From the human T2T-CHM13v2.0 reference genome, Homo sapiens: a stretch of DNA of 64,000 nucleotides. The DNA lies in NCBI RefSeq assembly GCF_009914755.1, contig NC_060947.1, one strand, 5' to 3'. This document shows positions 15,108-37,661 of this stretch, piece by piece. Within the stretch, counting starts at the first letter, position 1, and every line of letters begins with the position of its first letter. The notes under the pieces were generated by a model. It was not told the origin of the DNA, did not search any database, and saw only the letters and a list, made by a program, of their open reading frames with translations. The position numbers and the translations under genes were made by a program.

Positions 15108-18086
15108 TGATATGGTTTGGATCTGTATCCCCACCTAAATCTCATGTGGAATTGTCATCCCTAATGTTGAAAAAGGGGCCCGGCAGGAGGTTATTGGATC
15201 ATGGGGGTGGAGATCTCACAAATGGTTTAGCACCGTCCCCATTTGGTACTGTATAGTGAGTAAATTGTCACAAGATATGATTGTTTAAAAGTTTATAGCA
15301 CCTCCCATTTCTCTCTCCTCCTCCCGCTCTGGCCACGTGAAGATGCCTTCTCCTGTTTTTCATGCTGCCATGAGTAATGTCTCCCTGAGGACTCCCCAAA
15401 AGCAGATGCTGCCATACTTCCTGTACGGCCTGTGGAACTGTGAGACACTTAAACCTCTTTTTCTAATAAATTACCCAGTCTCAGGTATTTCTTTATAGCA
15501 GTGTGAGAATGAACTAATACAGAAAATTGGTACTGAGGAGTGGAGTATTGCTATAAAGATACCTCAAAATGTGGAAGCAGCTTTGAAATTAGGTAATCAG
15601 TTGATACAGTCTGGATTTGTGTCCCTGCCCAAATCTCATGTCAAATTGTAATTCCCAGTGTTGGAAGAGGGGCCTGGTGGGAGGTGATTGGATCATGGGG
15701 GTGCATTTCTCCCTTGCTGTTCTTGTAATAGTGAGTGAGTTCTCACAAGATCTGGTTGCTTAAAAGTGTGTAGCACCTGCCCCTTCTCTCTCTCCTTCTC
15801 CAACCATGTGAAGACATACCTGCTTCTCTTTTGCCTTCTGCCATGATTAAAAATTTCCTAAGGCCTTCCCAGACATGATACCTGTACAGCCCATGGAAAT
15901 GTGAGATAAGAAAACCCCTTTTCTTTATAAATTACACAGTCTCAGTTATTTTTTTATAGCAATGTGAGAATGGATCAATACACTGGCTAAAGTTGGAAGA
16001 GTGTGGAGGGCTCAGAAGAAGAGAGGAAGATGAGGGAAAATTCAGAACATCCTAGAGACTGGTTGAATGGTTGTGACCAAAATGCTGATGGTGATATGGA
16101 CAATTAAGTCTAGGTTGAGGAGGTCTTAGGTGGAGATGAGGAACTTATTGGGAACTAAAGCAAAGGTCACATTCATTATGAGTTAACAAAGAGATTGGCT
16201 GCATTGTACCCCAGCCCTAGGGAGCTGTGGAACTTTGAACTTGAGAATGATGATTTAGGGTATCTGGTATAAAAACATTTCTAAGCGGCAAAGCATTTAA
16301 GATGTGACCTGGCTTCTTCTAATCACCTATGCTCATATGCATGAGCAAAGAAATGATGTAAAACTGAAAGTTATATTTAAAAGGGAATCAGAGTGTAAAA
16401 GTTTTAAAAATTTGCAGCCGGGTCATGTGGTAAAAATGAAAAGCCTATTTCTGTGGGGAGGAATTCAAGCAGGCTGCAGAAATTTGCACAAGTGAAAAGG
16501 AGTCAACTGTTACTATTCAAGACAATGGGGGGAAGGCTTGAAAGACATTTCAAAGACCTTTGTGGCATCCCTTTTCATCACAGGCCTGGAGGCCTAGGAG
16601 GGAAGAATGGTTTCATGAGTCAGGCTGAGGGACCCACTGCCCTGCACAACTTCAGGACACTGGTCCCTGCATCCCAGCTGCTCCAGCTCCAGCTATTCCT
16701 AAAAGGGTCCCAGATACAATTTGAGTCACTGCTTCAGAGAGTGCAAACCATAAGCCTTGGCAGCTTCCATGTGGTGTTAAGCCTGCAAGTACACAAAATG
16801 CAAGAATTAAGGCTGGGGAGCCTCTGCCTAGATTTCAGAGGATGTATGAAAAGGCCTGGATCTCCATGCAGAAGCCTGCTGCAGGAGCAGAGCCCTCATG
16901 GAGAACCTCTTCTGAGGAAGTGAGGAAGAAAAAAATGAGGTTGGAGCCCCCAAACAAAGTCCCCACTGGGGCATTGACTAGTGGATCTGTGAGAAGAGAG
17001 CCATCATCCTCCAGACCCCAGAATGGTAGATTGACTAGCCATTTGCAATTTCCTTTTAGAAAAGCTGAAGACACTCAATGCCAGCTCATGAGAGCAGCCA
17101 AAGGGGCAAAACCCTGAAAAGCCACAGGGGCAAAGCAGACCAAAGATTGGGAATCCACCCATTGCATCAGTGTGACCTGGATGTGAGATATGGAGTCAAA
17201 TGAGATTATTTTGTAGCTTTAAGATTTAAAGCTTAAATCTTGACTGCCTTGCTGGATTTCAGACTTACACTGGGCCTGTAGGCCCTTTGTTTTGGCTGAT
17301 TTCTCCCTTTTAGAATGGGGAAATTTACCCAATGCCCATACCTTCGCTGGATCCTGAACATAACTAACTTGTTTTGATTTTGCAGACTCATAGTCCAAAG
17401 CAACACTGCTTGTCTCAGATAAGAGTTTGAACTATGGACTTTTGAGTTAATGCTGGAATGGGTTAAGACTCTGGGTAACTTTTGGGAAGGCATGATTGTA
17501 TTTTGAAATGTGAGAAAGAGGAGATTTGGGAGAGGCCAGGAGCAGAATGAAGAAAATCTAACAAGCAAATGGAAATCAGAAAAAAAGCAGAGATTGCTAT
17601 CATAATTTCAGACAAAACAGACTTTAAACCAACAAGGATCAAAAACAACAAAGGAGGGAATTACATAATTCTTGCTATGGTTTGTGTTTGTGTCCCTTCC
17701 CAAGTCTCATGTGGAATTGTAATCTCCAGTGTTGGAGGAGAGGCCTGGCAGGAGGTGATTGGATCATGGGAGTAGAGTTCTCCTAAATGGTTTAGCAACA
17801 TCACCCCTTGGTACCCTATAGTGAGTGAGTTCTCACAAGATCTGATTGTTTTAAAGTGTATAGCACATCCCACCTTCTCGGCCTTTCTGTTGCTCTGGCC
17901 ATGTTAAAATGCCTGCTCCTGCTTTGCCTTCTGCCATAAGTAAAATATTCCAGAGGCCTTCCCAGAAGCTGATGCTGCCATGTTTCCTGTACAGTCTGTG
18001 GAAGCATAAGCCAATTAAACCTTTTTTTAAATAAATTACCCAGTCTCAAATATTTCTTTATAACAATAAGAGAATGAACTAATACA
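15108..18086 (+). mobile_element. Full-length MSTA (ERVL-MaLR) element: 5' LTR 15108-15521, MST-int 15522-17547, 3' LTR 17673-18086
   Basis: LTRs run tg(a/c)tatggtttg...gaactaataca; internal region starts gaaaattggtact and ends with a PPT-like gagatttgggagaggccaggagcagaa; 5-bp TSD atggt at 15103-15107 and 18087-18091. Confidence 0.92.
15602..15982 (+). mobile_element. Nested MSTA-type solo LTR inside the MST internal region
   Basis: tgatacagtctggatttgtgtccctgcccaaatctcatg...tggatcaataca; internal sequence resumes colinearly (agttggaagagtgtggagggctcagaagaa). Confidence 0.88.
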
Positions 18087-19408
18087 ATGGTAAAGGGTCC
18101 AAGTCAACAAGAAGGCTAAACTATTCTAAATATATATGCACTCAACACAGGAGCACCCAGATTCATAAAGCAAGTTCTTAGAGACCTTCAAAGAGACTTA
18201 GACTTCTGAACAATAATAATGGAAGACTTCAATGTCACACTGACAGTATTAGACAGATTATAAAGACAGTAAATTAAAGATATTCAGGACCTTAACTCAT
18301 CACTGGATCAAATGGATCTGATAGACATCTGCAGAACTCTCCACCTCAAAACAGCAGCATATACATTCTTCTCATTGCCACATGCCACAACTCTAAAATC
18401 GATCACATAATTGGACATAAAACACTCATCAGTAAATGCGAAAGAACTGACATAACAACAACTCTCTCAGACCACAGCACGATCAAATTAGAAATCAAGC
18501 AAAAGAGATTTGCTCAAAACAATACAATTACATGTAAATTGAATAAACTGCTCCTGAATGACTTCTGGTTAAATAATAAAATTAAGGTAGAAGTGAGGAA
18601 GTTATTTGAAAGTAATAAAAGACAAAACATACCAGAATCTCTGGGAAATAGGTAAGGCAATGTTAAGAGAGAAAAATATAACACTAAATTCCCACAGAAA
18701 AATGTTAAAGAGATCTCAATTTAACAACCTAACCTCATAACTAAAAGAACTACAGAACCAAGAGAAACTCAGTGCCAAGGCCAGAAGACAAGAAATAACC
18801 AAAATCTGTACTGAACTGAAAGAGACTGAGATATAAAAAAAAATTTAATAGATCAATGAATCCAGGAGTTGGTATTTATAAAATAATTAATAAAATAGAC
18901 TGCTAGCTAAACTAATAAAGAATAAGAGATAGAAGATCCGAATAAACACAATTAGAAATGACAAAGGGAATATTACCACTGAACCCACAGAAGTACAAAT
19001 AATCATCAGAGAAAATTATGAACACCTATATGAACACAAACTAGAAAATCTTGAAGACATGAATAAATTCCTATTCACATACACTTTTCTGAGACTAAGT
19101 CAGGAAGAAATTAAATCCTTGAACATGCCAATAATGAGCTTCAAAATTGAATCAGTAATAAATAAACTAGCAACCAAAAAAACTCCAAGACCAGATGAAT
19201 TTTTAGCTGCATTCTACCACATGTACAAAGAAGGGATGGTAACATTCCTACCAAAACTGTTTCAAAAATATTAAGAAGGAGGAACTCTTCCCTAACTTAC
19301 TCTATGAGGCCAGCATCATTCTCATAGTAAACCAGACAGAGACTGATTCCACCACCGTGTCCCAAAGGAAAAAAAAAAAAAACTCTTTAGTCTAATATCC
19401 TTGTTTAA

Positions 19409-19516
<108 letters not shown>

Positions 19517-20866
19517 TAAACATACACAAATCAATAAATGGGATTCATCACATAAACAGAACTAAAAACAAAAACCACATGATTATCTCAATTGAAGCAG
19601 ACAAGACTTGATGAAATTCAACACCCCTTCATGTTAAAAACTCTCAATGAACTAGGTATTGATGGAATGCACTTCAAAATAATAAAAGCCATCTATGACA
19701 AACCCACAGCTAACATTATGGGCAAAAGCTGAAGGCAGTCGTCTGGAAAGCCAGCACAAGACAATGATGTCCTCTCTCACCATTCCTATTCAACGTAGTA
19801 TTGGAAGTCCTGGCCAGAACAATAAGGAAAAAAAAAAAAAGAAAGAGTATCCAAATAGTAAGAGAGGAAGTCAAACTATCTCATTTGGCAGATCTCATGA
19901 TCCCATATCTAGGAAAAAATCTCATTGCTTTGGCTCAAAAACTTCTTAAGCTGATAAACAACTCCAGCAAATCTCAAAATATTTAATGAACATACAATAA
20001 TCAGTAGGATTCCTATACAACCATAACAGTCAAACTGAGAATCAAACCAAAAATGCAATGCCATTCACAATTGCATCAAAAAACTAAAATATCTATAAAT
20101 ACACCTAACTAGGAAGGTAAAAGATCTCTACAAGGAGAACTATAAAACATTACTCAAAAATAACAGAGATGACATAAACAAATAAAAAAATCCATACTCA
20201 TGGATAATAAGAATCAATATCACTAAAATGGCCATATGGCCCAAAGTAATTTACAGATGCAATGGTATTCCTATTAAGCTGCCATTGATGTTTTTCACAG
20301 ACCTAGAAAAAAATATTTACAAATTCATACAGAACCTAAAAACAGCTTGAATTGCCAGGGGAATCTTAACCAGAAAGAACAAAGTTTGAGGCATCATGTT
20401 ACCACTTTTCAAACTATACAACACATCTACAGTAATCAAAACAGCATAGTACTGCTACAAAAACGGACAGATAGACCAATGGAACAGGAAAGAGAGCCCA
20501 GAAGTAAAGCCACACACTTACAACTAACTGGTCTTTGGCAAAAGTGACAAAAACAAGCAATGGGAAAAGGATGCTGGGATAACTGGCTAGCCACATACAG
20601 AAGATTAAAACTGGACCTCTTTCTTACACCATATACAATAGTCAAATAAATATAAATTAAAGACTTAAATGTAAAACCCAATACCATAAAAAGCCTGGAA
20701 AACAACTTAGGCAATACCATTCTGGACATAGGAATGAGCAAAGATTTTAGGATGAAGACGCCAAAACCAACTACAACAAAAGCAAAAATTGGCAAATGAT
20801 ATCTAATTAAAATAAAGAGCTTCTGAACAGAATGAGAAATGATCTACAGAGTAAACAGACAACCCT

Positions 20867-23248
<2,382 letters not shown>

Positions 23249-23962
23249 CTCAAAAGACAGGTAATAACAAATGCTGGTGAGGATGTGGAGCAAAGAAAAG
23301 CCTTGTACAGTGTTGGTGTGAGTGTAGCTTAGTACAAGCACTATGGAGAGTTTGGGGGCTCCCCAAAAAAACTAAAATTAGGGCTACCATTTGATATAAC
23401 AATGCCACTAAGTATATACCCTCCAAAAGGAAATCAGTATATCAAAGTTATATCTGCACTCCCATGTTTATTGCTACACTATTCACAATAGCCAAGATTT
23501 GGAAACAACCTAAGTGTCCATCAGCAGAAAAATAGATAAAGAAATTGCGGTACATATACACAATGGAATACTATTTGGGCATGGAAAAGAACGAGATCCT
23601 GATTTTTACAACAACATGATTGCAACTGGAAGTCATCATGTTAAGTGAAGTAAGCCAGGCACAGAAAGACAAACTTCTCATGTTCCCACTTATTTGTTGA
23701 AGCTAAAAATTAATACAATTGTACTCATTGAGATAGAGAGTAGGATCATTGTTACTAGAGGCTTCAAATATTATTGGGAGGGTAAGGGGGAAGTGGGGAT
23801 AGTTAATGGGTATAAAAAGTAGAAAGAATAAAAAGATTAGTATTTGATAGCACAACAGGGTGATTATAGTCAATAATTATTTAATTGTAAATTTAAAGAT
23901 AATTAAAATTGTGTAAATGGATTGTTTGTAACACAAAAGATAAATACCTGAAGTGATGAAAT
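23249..23962 (+). mobile_element. Second L1MA (L1MA3-like) 3' fragment, cut before its tail
   Basis: caaaagacaggtaataacaaatgctggtgaggatgtggag...cacaacagggtgattatagtcaataat; ends abruptly at aagtgatgaaa. Confidence 0.85.
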
Positions 23963-29316
<5,354 letters not shown>

Positions 29317-32300
29317 AATTTTTAATATGAAGAGATGTTGAATTTTATTGAAGGCCTTTTCTGCATCTATTGAGATAATCATGTAGTTTTTCCTTTAGTT
29401 CTACTTATGCAATGAATTATGTTTACTGATTTGCATATGTTGAATCAGGTTTACATCCCAGGAATTAAGCCAAATTTATCATGGTGGATAAGCTTTTTGA
29501 GGTGGTGCTGGATTCCATTTGCCAGTAATTTTTTGAGAATTTTTGCATCAATGTTCTTCAAATATATTGGCCTAAAGTTTTCTTTTTTTGTTGTATCTCT
29601 GCCAGGTTTTGGTATCAGGATGAAGCTGGCCTCATAAAAAGAGTTATGGAGGAGTCTCTCTTTTTCAATTGTTTGGAATAGTTTCTGAAGAAATGGTACC
29701 AGCTCTTGTTTGTACCTGTGGTAAAATTTAGGTGTAAATCCATCTGATTCTGGGCTTTTGTTGGTTGGTAGACTTTTTACTACTCCCTCAATTTCAAACT
29801 TTTTGTTGGTCTCTCCAGGGATTCAATTTCTTCCTGGTTTAGTCTTGGGAGGGTGTATGTGTCCAGAAATTTATTCATTTCTTCCAGATTTTCTAGTTTA
29901 TTTGCATAGGGGGGTTCATAGTATTTGCTGATGGTTGCTTGTATTTTTGTGGGATCAGTGGTGATATCCTTTTTATCATTTTTTGTAGTGTCAGTTTGAT
30001 TATTATTTTTTTCTTTTTTATTAGTCTAGCCAGCAGTCTATCCATTTTATTATTTTTTTAAAAACCAGCTCCTGGATTTATTGGTTTTTTGAAAGTTTTT
30101 TTGTGTCTCTATCTCCTTCAATTCTTCTCTGATCTTAATCATTTCTTGTCTTCTGCTAGCTTTTGGGTTTCTTTGCTATTGATTCTCTAGTTCTTTTTTT
30201 TGGGATGTTAGGGTGCTGATTTGAGATCCTTTTAGCTTTTCAATGTAGGTATTTAGTGCTATAAGTTTACCTCTTAACACTGCTTTAGCTATGTCTCAGA
30301 GATTCTGGTACATGGTCTCTTTGATCTCATTGGTTTCAAATAACTTCTTCATTTCTGCCTTAATTTTATTATTTACCCCCAGAGTCATTCAGGAGCAGAT
30401 TGTTCAATTTCCATGTGTTTGTGTGGCTTTGTGTGAGTTTCTTAATCTTGAGTTCTAATTTGATTGCACTGTGGTCTGAGAGACTGTTATGATTTCAGTT
30501 CTTTTGCATTTGCTGAAGAGTGTTTTACTTCCAATTCTGTGATAGATTTTAGAGTAAGTGCCATGTGGCTCTGAGAAAAATGTATATTCTGTTGGTTTTG
30601 GGTGGAGAGTTCTATAGATATTTACCAGGTTCACTTGATCCAGAGCTGAGTTAAAGTCCTGAATATCCTTGTTATTTTTCTGTCTCGATGATCTGTCTCA
30701 TATTGACAATGAGGTGTTACAGTCTCCCACTATAATTGTGTGAAGTCTAAGTCTCTTTGGAGATCTCTAAGCACTTGTTTTGTGAATTTGGGTGCTCCTG
30801 TATTGGGTGCATATATATTTAGGACAGTTAGCTCTTCTTGTTGAATTGATGCCTTTATTTTATGTCATACCCTTCTTTGTGTTTTTTCTTATCTTTTTTA
30901 GTTTAAATTCTGTTTTGTCATAAACTAGGATTGCAACCCCTGCTTTTTTTCTGCTTTCCAATTACTTGGTAAGTTTTCCTCCATCCCTTTATTTTTAGCC
31001 TATGTGTGTCTTCACATGTGAGATGGGTCTCTTGAATATGGCACACCAATGGTTCTTGACTCTTTATCCAGTTTGCCATTCCGTGTATTTTAACTGGGGC
31101 ATTTAGCCCATTTACATTTAAGGTTAATATTGCTATGTGTGAATTTGGTCCTGTCATCATGATGTTAGCCGGTTATTTTTTAGACTTGTTGATGCAGTTG
31201 CTTCGTAGTGTCATTTGTCCTTGTATTTCAGTGTGTTTTTGCAGTGGCTGGTAATGGTGTTTCCTTTCTACATTTAGTGCTTCTTTCAGGAGCTCTTTGT
31301 AAGGCAGGCCTGGTGGTGATGAATTCCCTCAGCATTTGCTTGTCTGAAAAGGATTTTATTTCCACTTTGGTTATGAAGCTTAGTATGGCCGGGTATGAAA
31401 TTCTGGGTTGTAAATTATTCTCTTTAAGAATTTTGAATATTGGACTTCAATCTCTTCTGGTTTGTAGGGTTTCTGCTCAGAGGTCTGCTGTTAGTCTAAT
31501 GGGCTTTTCTCTGTAAGTAACGTGGTCTTTCTTTCTGGCTGCCCTTAACATGATTTCCTTCATTTCGACCTTGGAGAATCTAATGATTGTGTCTTGGGCT
31601 TGACCTTCTCATAGAGTTTCTTACTTGGGTTCTCCAGATTTTCTGAATTTGAATGTTTGCCTATCTTGTTAGGTTGAGGAGGTTCTTTTGGATGATATCC
31701 TGAAGTATATTTTCCAACTTGGTTCCATCCTCCCCATCTCTTTCAGGTACCCCAATCTGTCATAAGTTCAGTCTTTTTATATAATCCCATAGTTCTTGGA
31801 GGTTTTGTTCATTCCTTTTCTTTTTTCTTTTTCTTTTCTTTTTTTTTCTCCTCTAATCTTGCCTGCCTGTCTTATTTCAGCAAGATAGTCTCCGAGCTCT
31901 GAAATTATTTTCTCTGCTTGGTCTATTCTCTTATTGATACTTGTGGTTTTATTGTGAAGTTCTCATGTTGTGTTTTTCAGCTCCATCAGGTCATTAATGT
32001 TCTTCTCTACACTGGTTATTCTGGTTAACAACTCCTATAATGTTTTATGGTGGTCCTTAGCTTCTTTGTATTGGGTAAGAACATTCTCCTTTAGCTCAGT
32101 TAAGTTTGTTATTACCCACCTTCTGAAGCTTACTTCTGTCAATTCATCCATTTCAGCTTCCGCATCAGTTCTGTGCCCTTGCTGGAGAGGTGTTGCAATC
32201 ATTTGGAGGATAATAGGCATTTGGGCTTTTGGAATTTTCTGTGATTTTACTTTGATTCTTTCTCATTTTCATGAGTTTCTCTAATTTTGATCTTTGAGGC

Positions 32301-33503
32301 TGTTAACTTTGGATGTAGTTTTTGTGGGGACATTTTGTGAATGTTGTCACTTTCTGTTTGTTTGTTTTTCTTTTAACAGTGAGGTTCCTCTTCCGTAGGG
32401 CTGTTGCAGTTTTCTGGGTGTCCACTTCAGGCACTATTCACCTGGCTCTCTTCCCCCCTGGACATGTCACCTGACATGCAGAACAGCAAAGATGGCTGCC
32501 TTCTCCTTCCTCTGGGATCCCTGTCCCTGAGGGACACAGACCTGTTGTAGCAGGAATGTTCCTGTATAAGGTATCTGGCAAACCCTGTTGGGGGGTCCCG
32601 CCTAGCCAAGGGGCACAGAATCTAGGACCCACTTAACTAGCACTCGGGCTGCCCCTTGGTGGAGACAGTGTGCTGCACTCTGAGGAGCCCCACTCATCTG
32701 GACTGTCCAGATTTTTTAGAGTCAGCAGGGGAAAGACTAAGTCTGCTAATACACAGAGACCACAGCCACACAGGGGCTCAGTCCCAGGGGGATCAGAATT
32801 CTGTCCCTATACCCCATGGCTGGGGTTGCTGAAATTCCTGCAGGGAGTCCCCATCCAGTGAGAAAGAATGGGTCAAGGGCCAGCCTAAAGAGGCAGTCTG
32901 GCATGATATGCCACAGCTGGTGTGCTGTAGCTCTGTGAAATTCCTGCTGGGCTCAAACCATCCTGTCTCCCCACCACCAGCAGGGGAAAAATTGCAGACT
33001 GGAGCTTCAGTGATGGCTGCTGCCCCTCCTCCAGGGAGCTCAGTTGTCTTAGGCAGCAAGCAGCCACAGTGATGATGGCTGTCCCTCCCCTTGGGAACGC
33101 AGTAGCCTTAGGCAGTCTCCAGCCAAATAGCCACTGAGAATCTGCACAGCTCTGTGCTTGAGACCCAAGGCCCTGGTGACATGGGCCCACAAGTGGGATC
33201 TCCTTATCTGTGGGTTGCACAGATCTATGAAAAAAAGCACCATTTCCCATGCAGGGTGGCACAATCACTCACCACTTCCCTTGGCTGGGGGTGGGAGCTT
33301 CCCTTGCCCCATGTGGCTCTCATTTGGGCTGTCACACTACCCTGCTCTCACTGACTGTCTGTGGGTCACACCAACTACCTAATTAGTTCCAGTGAGAGAA
33401 GCTGGATATCTCAGTTACTGGTGCAGGATTCACTCGCCCTTTTGGTTCTTCTTGGTGGGAGCCTCCAACCACAGCTCTTTCTAGTCGACCATCCTGTCCA
33501 GAA
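29317..33503 (-). mobile_element. L1PA8-13-like element with complete 5'UTR, ORF1 and ORF2 5' half; 3' part missing
   Basis: 5' end reads ggatggtcgactag on the minus strand (~33495); ORF2 start MMTGPNSHIAILTLNVNGLN (31160); ORF1 piece EMDELTEVSFRRWVITN. Confidence 0.9.
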
Positions 33504-33870
33504 TATCTGACTTTTTAATAATAGTCACTCTGACTGGTGTGAGATGATATCTCCTTGTGGTTTTGATTTGTATTTCTCTAATGATTACTGATGTTGAGCA
33601 GTTTTTTATATACTTGTTGGTGGCATGCATGTCTTAATTGTGAAAGTGTCTGTTCATGTTATTTGCACACTTTTTAATGGAGTTGTTTGTTTCTTGCTTG
33701 TTAGTTGTTTACATTCTTTAAAGATTCTGGATATTAGATGTTTGTTGGATGCATAGTTTGCAAATAGATTCTCCCATTATGTGTGTTGTCTGTTTACTCT
33801 GATGATAGTTTATTTTGCTGTGCAGAACTTCTTTAGTTTAATTACATCCTATTTGTCAATATTTATTTTT

Positions 33871-34255
<385 letters not shown>

Positions 34256-34796
34256 TTATCTTTCAGGAATTTTATAGGTTTAAGTTGTGCATTTAGGTCT
34301 TTAATTCCCCTTTGTGTATGGTGTAAGGAAGGGGTCTAGTTTTAGTCTTCTGCATATGACTAGCCTGTTATCCCACGTCGTTCAGCTTTTCTACTACTCC
34401 ATAATAACATCAGCTGCTGGAACATCATTTCAATTAAAAACCTTGAATGGATCAGATTTTGACACATAATATAATTGGGATATTTTAGTAAGTGAAATAA
34501 ATAATCTGCATTAACTTTTAAACACATTCATTAACCTTTTTGTAAAGAGAAAGGAAATGAACAGCTTTGAGGTATTTGGAATAGTATTGTTTTCGAAAAA
34601 CATTTCAAAGACAGAGTTTTAATTCAGAAATTTTTACATATCTAGACCTCCAGCTTTGGTTACCAATTTTCTTCTCTTTTACTTCTGGGAAAATCAACAC
34701 ATAGGACTTTTAGTGATGTTGTCACATTTATATCCATAAAAATAGTGGCATTAAATAAATTGTATTACATTAAACGGAATTTACTTTATGTCTATT

Positions 34797-34945
34797 TAAA
34801 ACAATGATAAGTATGGTGAGATGATGTGCATCTTAATTAGTTTGAATGAATCTTTCTGTAATGTATATGTAGATCAAAACATCACGTTGTACTCTGTAAA
34901 TATCCACAATTATTGACAATTAAAAATACATAAAAATAAATATGA
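34797..34945 (+). mobile_element. Short L1MA-type 3' terminal fragment
   Basis: gataagtatggtgagatgatg...atcaaaacatcacgttgtac...caattaaaaata plus A-rich tail. Confidence 0.7.
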
Positions 34946-35310
34946 AAAACAAAACAACATTTTCTAAAGGTAGCCATGAAACCCAGTTTTACTGAGTGAA
35001 GAGGATTCTCATACTTGAAGCATTTGAGATACATTACATAATTTTTCCTCATAAATTGTCTTTAGAATAATATTTTAATACATACAAATGTCAAACAATT
35101 TTGTTTCAACTGTTAGTGAGGAAAAATGAACTGAACTTATAAATTGATTTTTCTATCATAAATATATGATATTAGATTCTAAATTGTACACATTATGATT
35201 AATAAGTTTGGCTAACAAGTAGTATTTACTTAAAATTTAAGCACCACAGGCAGTAAAAACTTGTAATGTCTTCATATTTTCAATCAAATGTTTACACATA
35301 AACATTACAT

Positions 35311-36650
<1,340 letters not shown>

Positions 36651-37218
36651 TACATACATTTATGAGAGTTTTAAAACCTCATTCTGCTCTATGTGAAAGC
36701 TAACCATTTAATGAAAGTACGTTTCTAGTTGTGAAATTTTCAACCATTTTTACATGCAGACAAATGTGGGAGGGAGCTAATCTGAGAAATTCCTATTAAA
36801 TGATCAGCACTGAAATACCTTCAGCACAGTGCACTGCCAAACAAGCATATAAGATTTTAAAAAGTGAATAAAACAACACCTGTGAGACTCTGATATTGGA
36901 AATAACACTTTCCAAAATGACTCCTTTAAGTGCATGGAATCCTTTACTTAGCAGCAACATTGACCTATTTTGTAATGATATCTTCTAATTGAATAATTAT
37001 TTAAATCGATAGAGATTTTAAGGCAGAGCAATGCTCTACAGAGAAGTTCAAAGGGAAATAATAAGATAATAGAGAAGAACACAAAATAAAGTTACCAAGA
37101 GCAAAATGTTAAAGCAGTTAGTGTTTGGCTTAGATGTCCTCTGCATCTTTTGCTTTTCTTTCCAGTACCTTCTTTCCATGCCAGAGTTATGGAGCTCTTA
37201 CGTTGATCAGGCCTACTT

Positions 37219-37661
37219 GTTTTTTTTTTTATACTTCAAGTTCTAGGGTACGTGTGCACAACATGCAGGTTTGTTACATATGTATACATGTGCCATGTTG
37301 GTGTGCTGCACCCATTAACTCATCATTTACATTAGGTATATCTCCTAGTGCTAACCCTCCCCCCTCCTCCCACCCCACAACTGGCCCCGGTGTGTGATGT
37401 TCCCCTTCCTGTGTCCATGTGTTCTCATTGTTCAATTCCCACTTAAGAGTGAGAACATGTGGTGCTTGGTTTTCTGTCCTTGTGATAGTTTGCTGAGAAT
37501 GATGGTTTCCAGCTTCATCCATGTCCCTACAAAGGACATGAACTCATCATTTTTTATGGCTGCATAGTATTCCGTGGCATATATGTGCCACATTTTCTTA
37601 ATCCAGTCTTTCATTGATGAACATTTGGGTTGGTTCCAAGTCTTTGCTATTGTGAATAGTG
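37219..37661 (-). mobile_element. 5'-truncated L1PA4/5 3' fragment
   Basis: Poly-T then tatacttcaagttctagggtac...; TSD atcaggcctactt (37206-37218) and accaggcctacct (37662-37674). Confidence 0.94.

Noticed and set aside
16304-17117. ORFs of 63-156 aa as host genes
   Set aside because: They are decayed MST internal (MaLR) sequence
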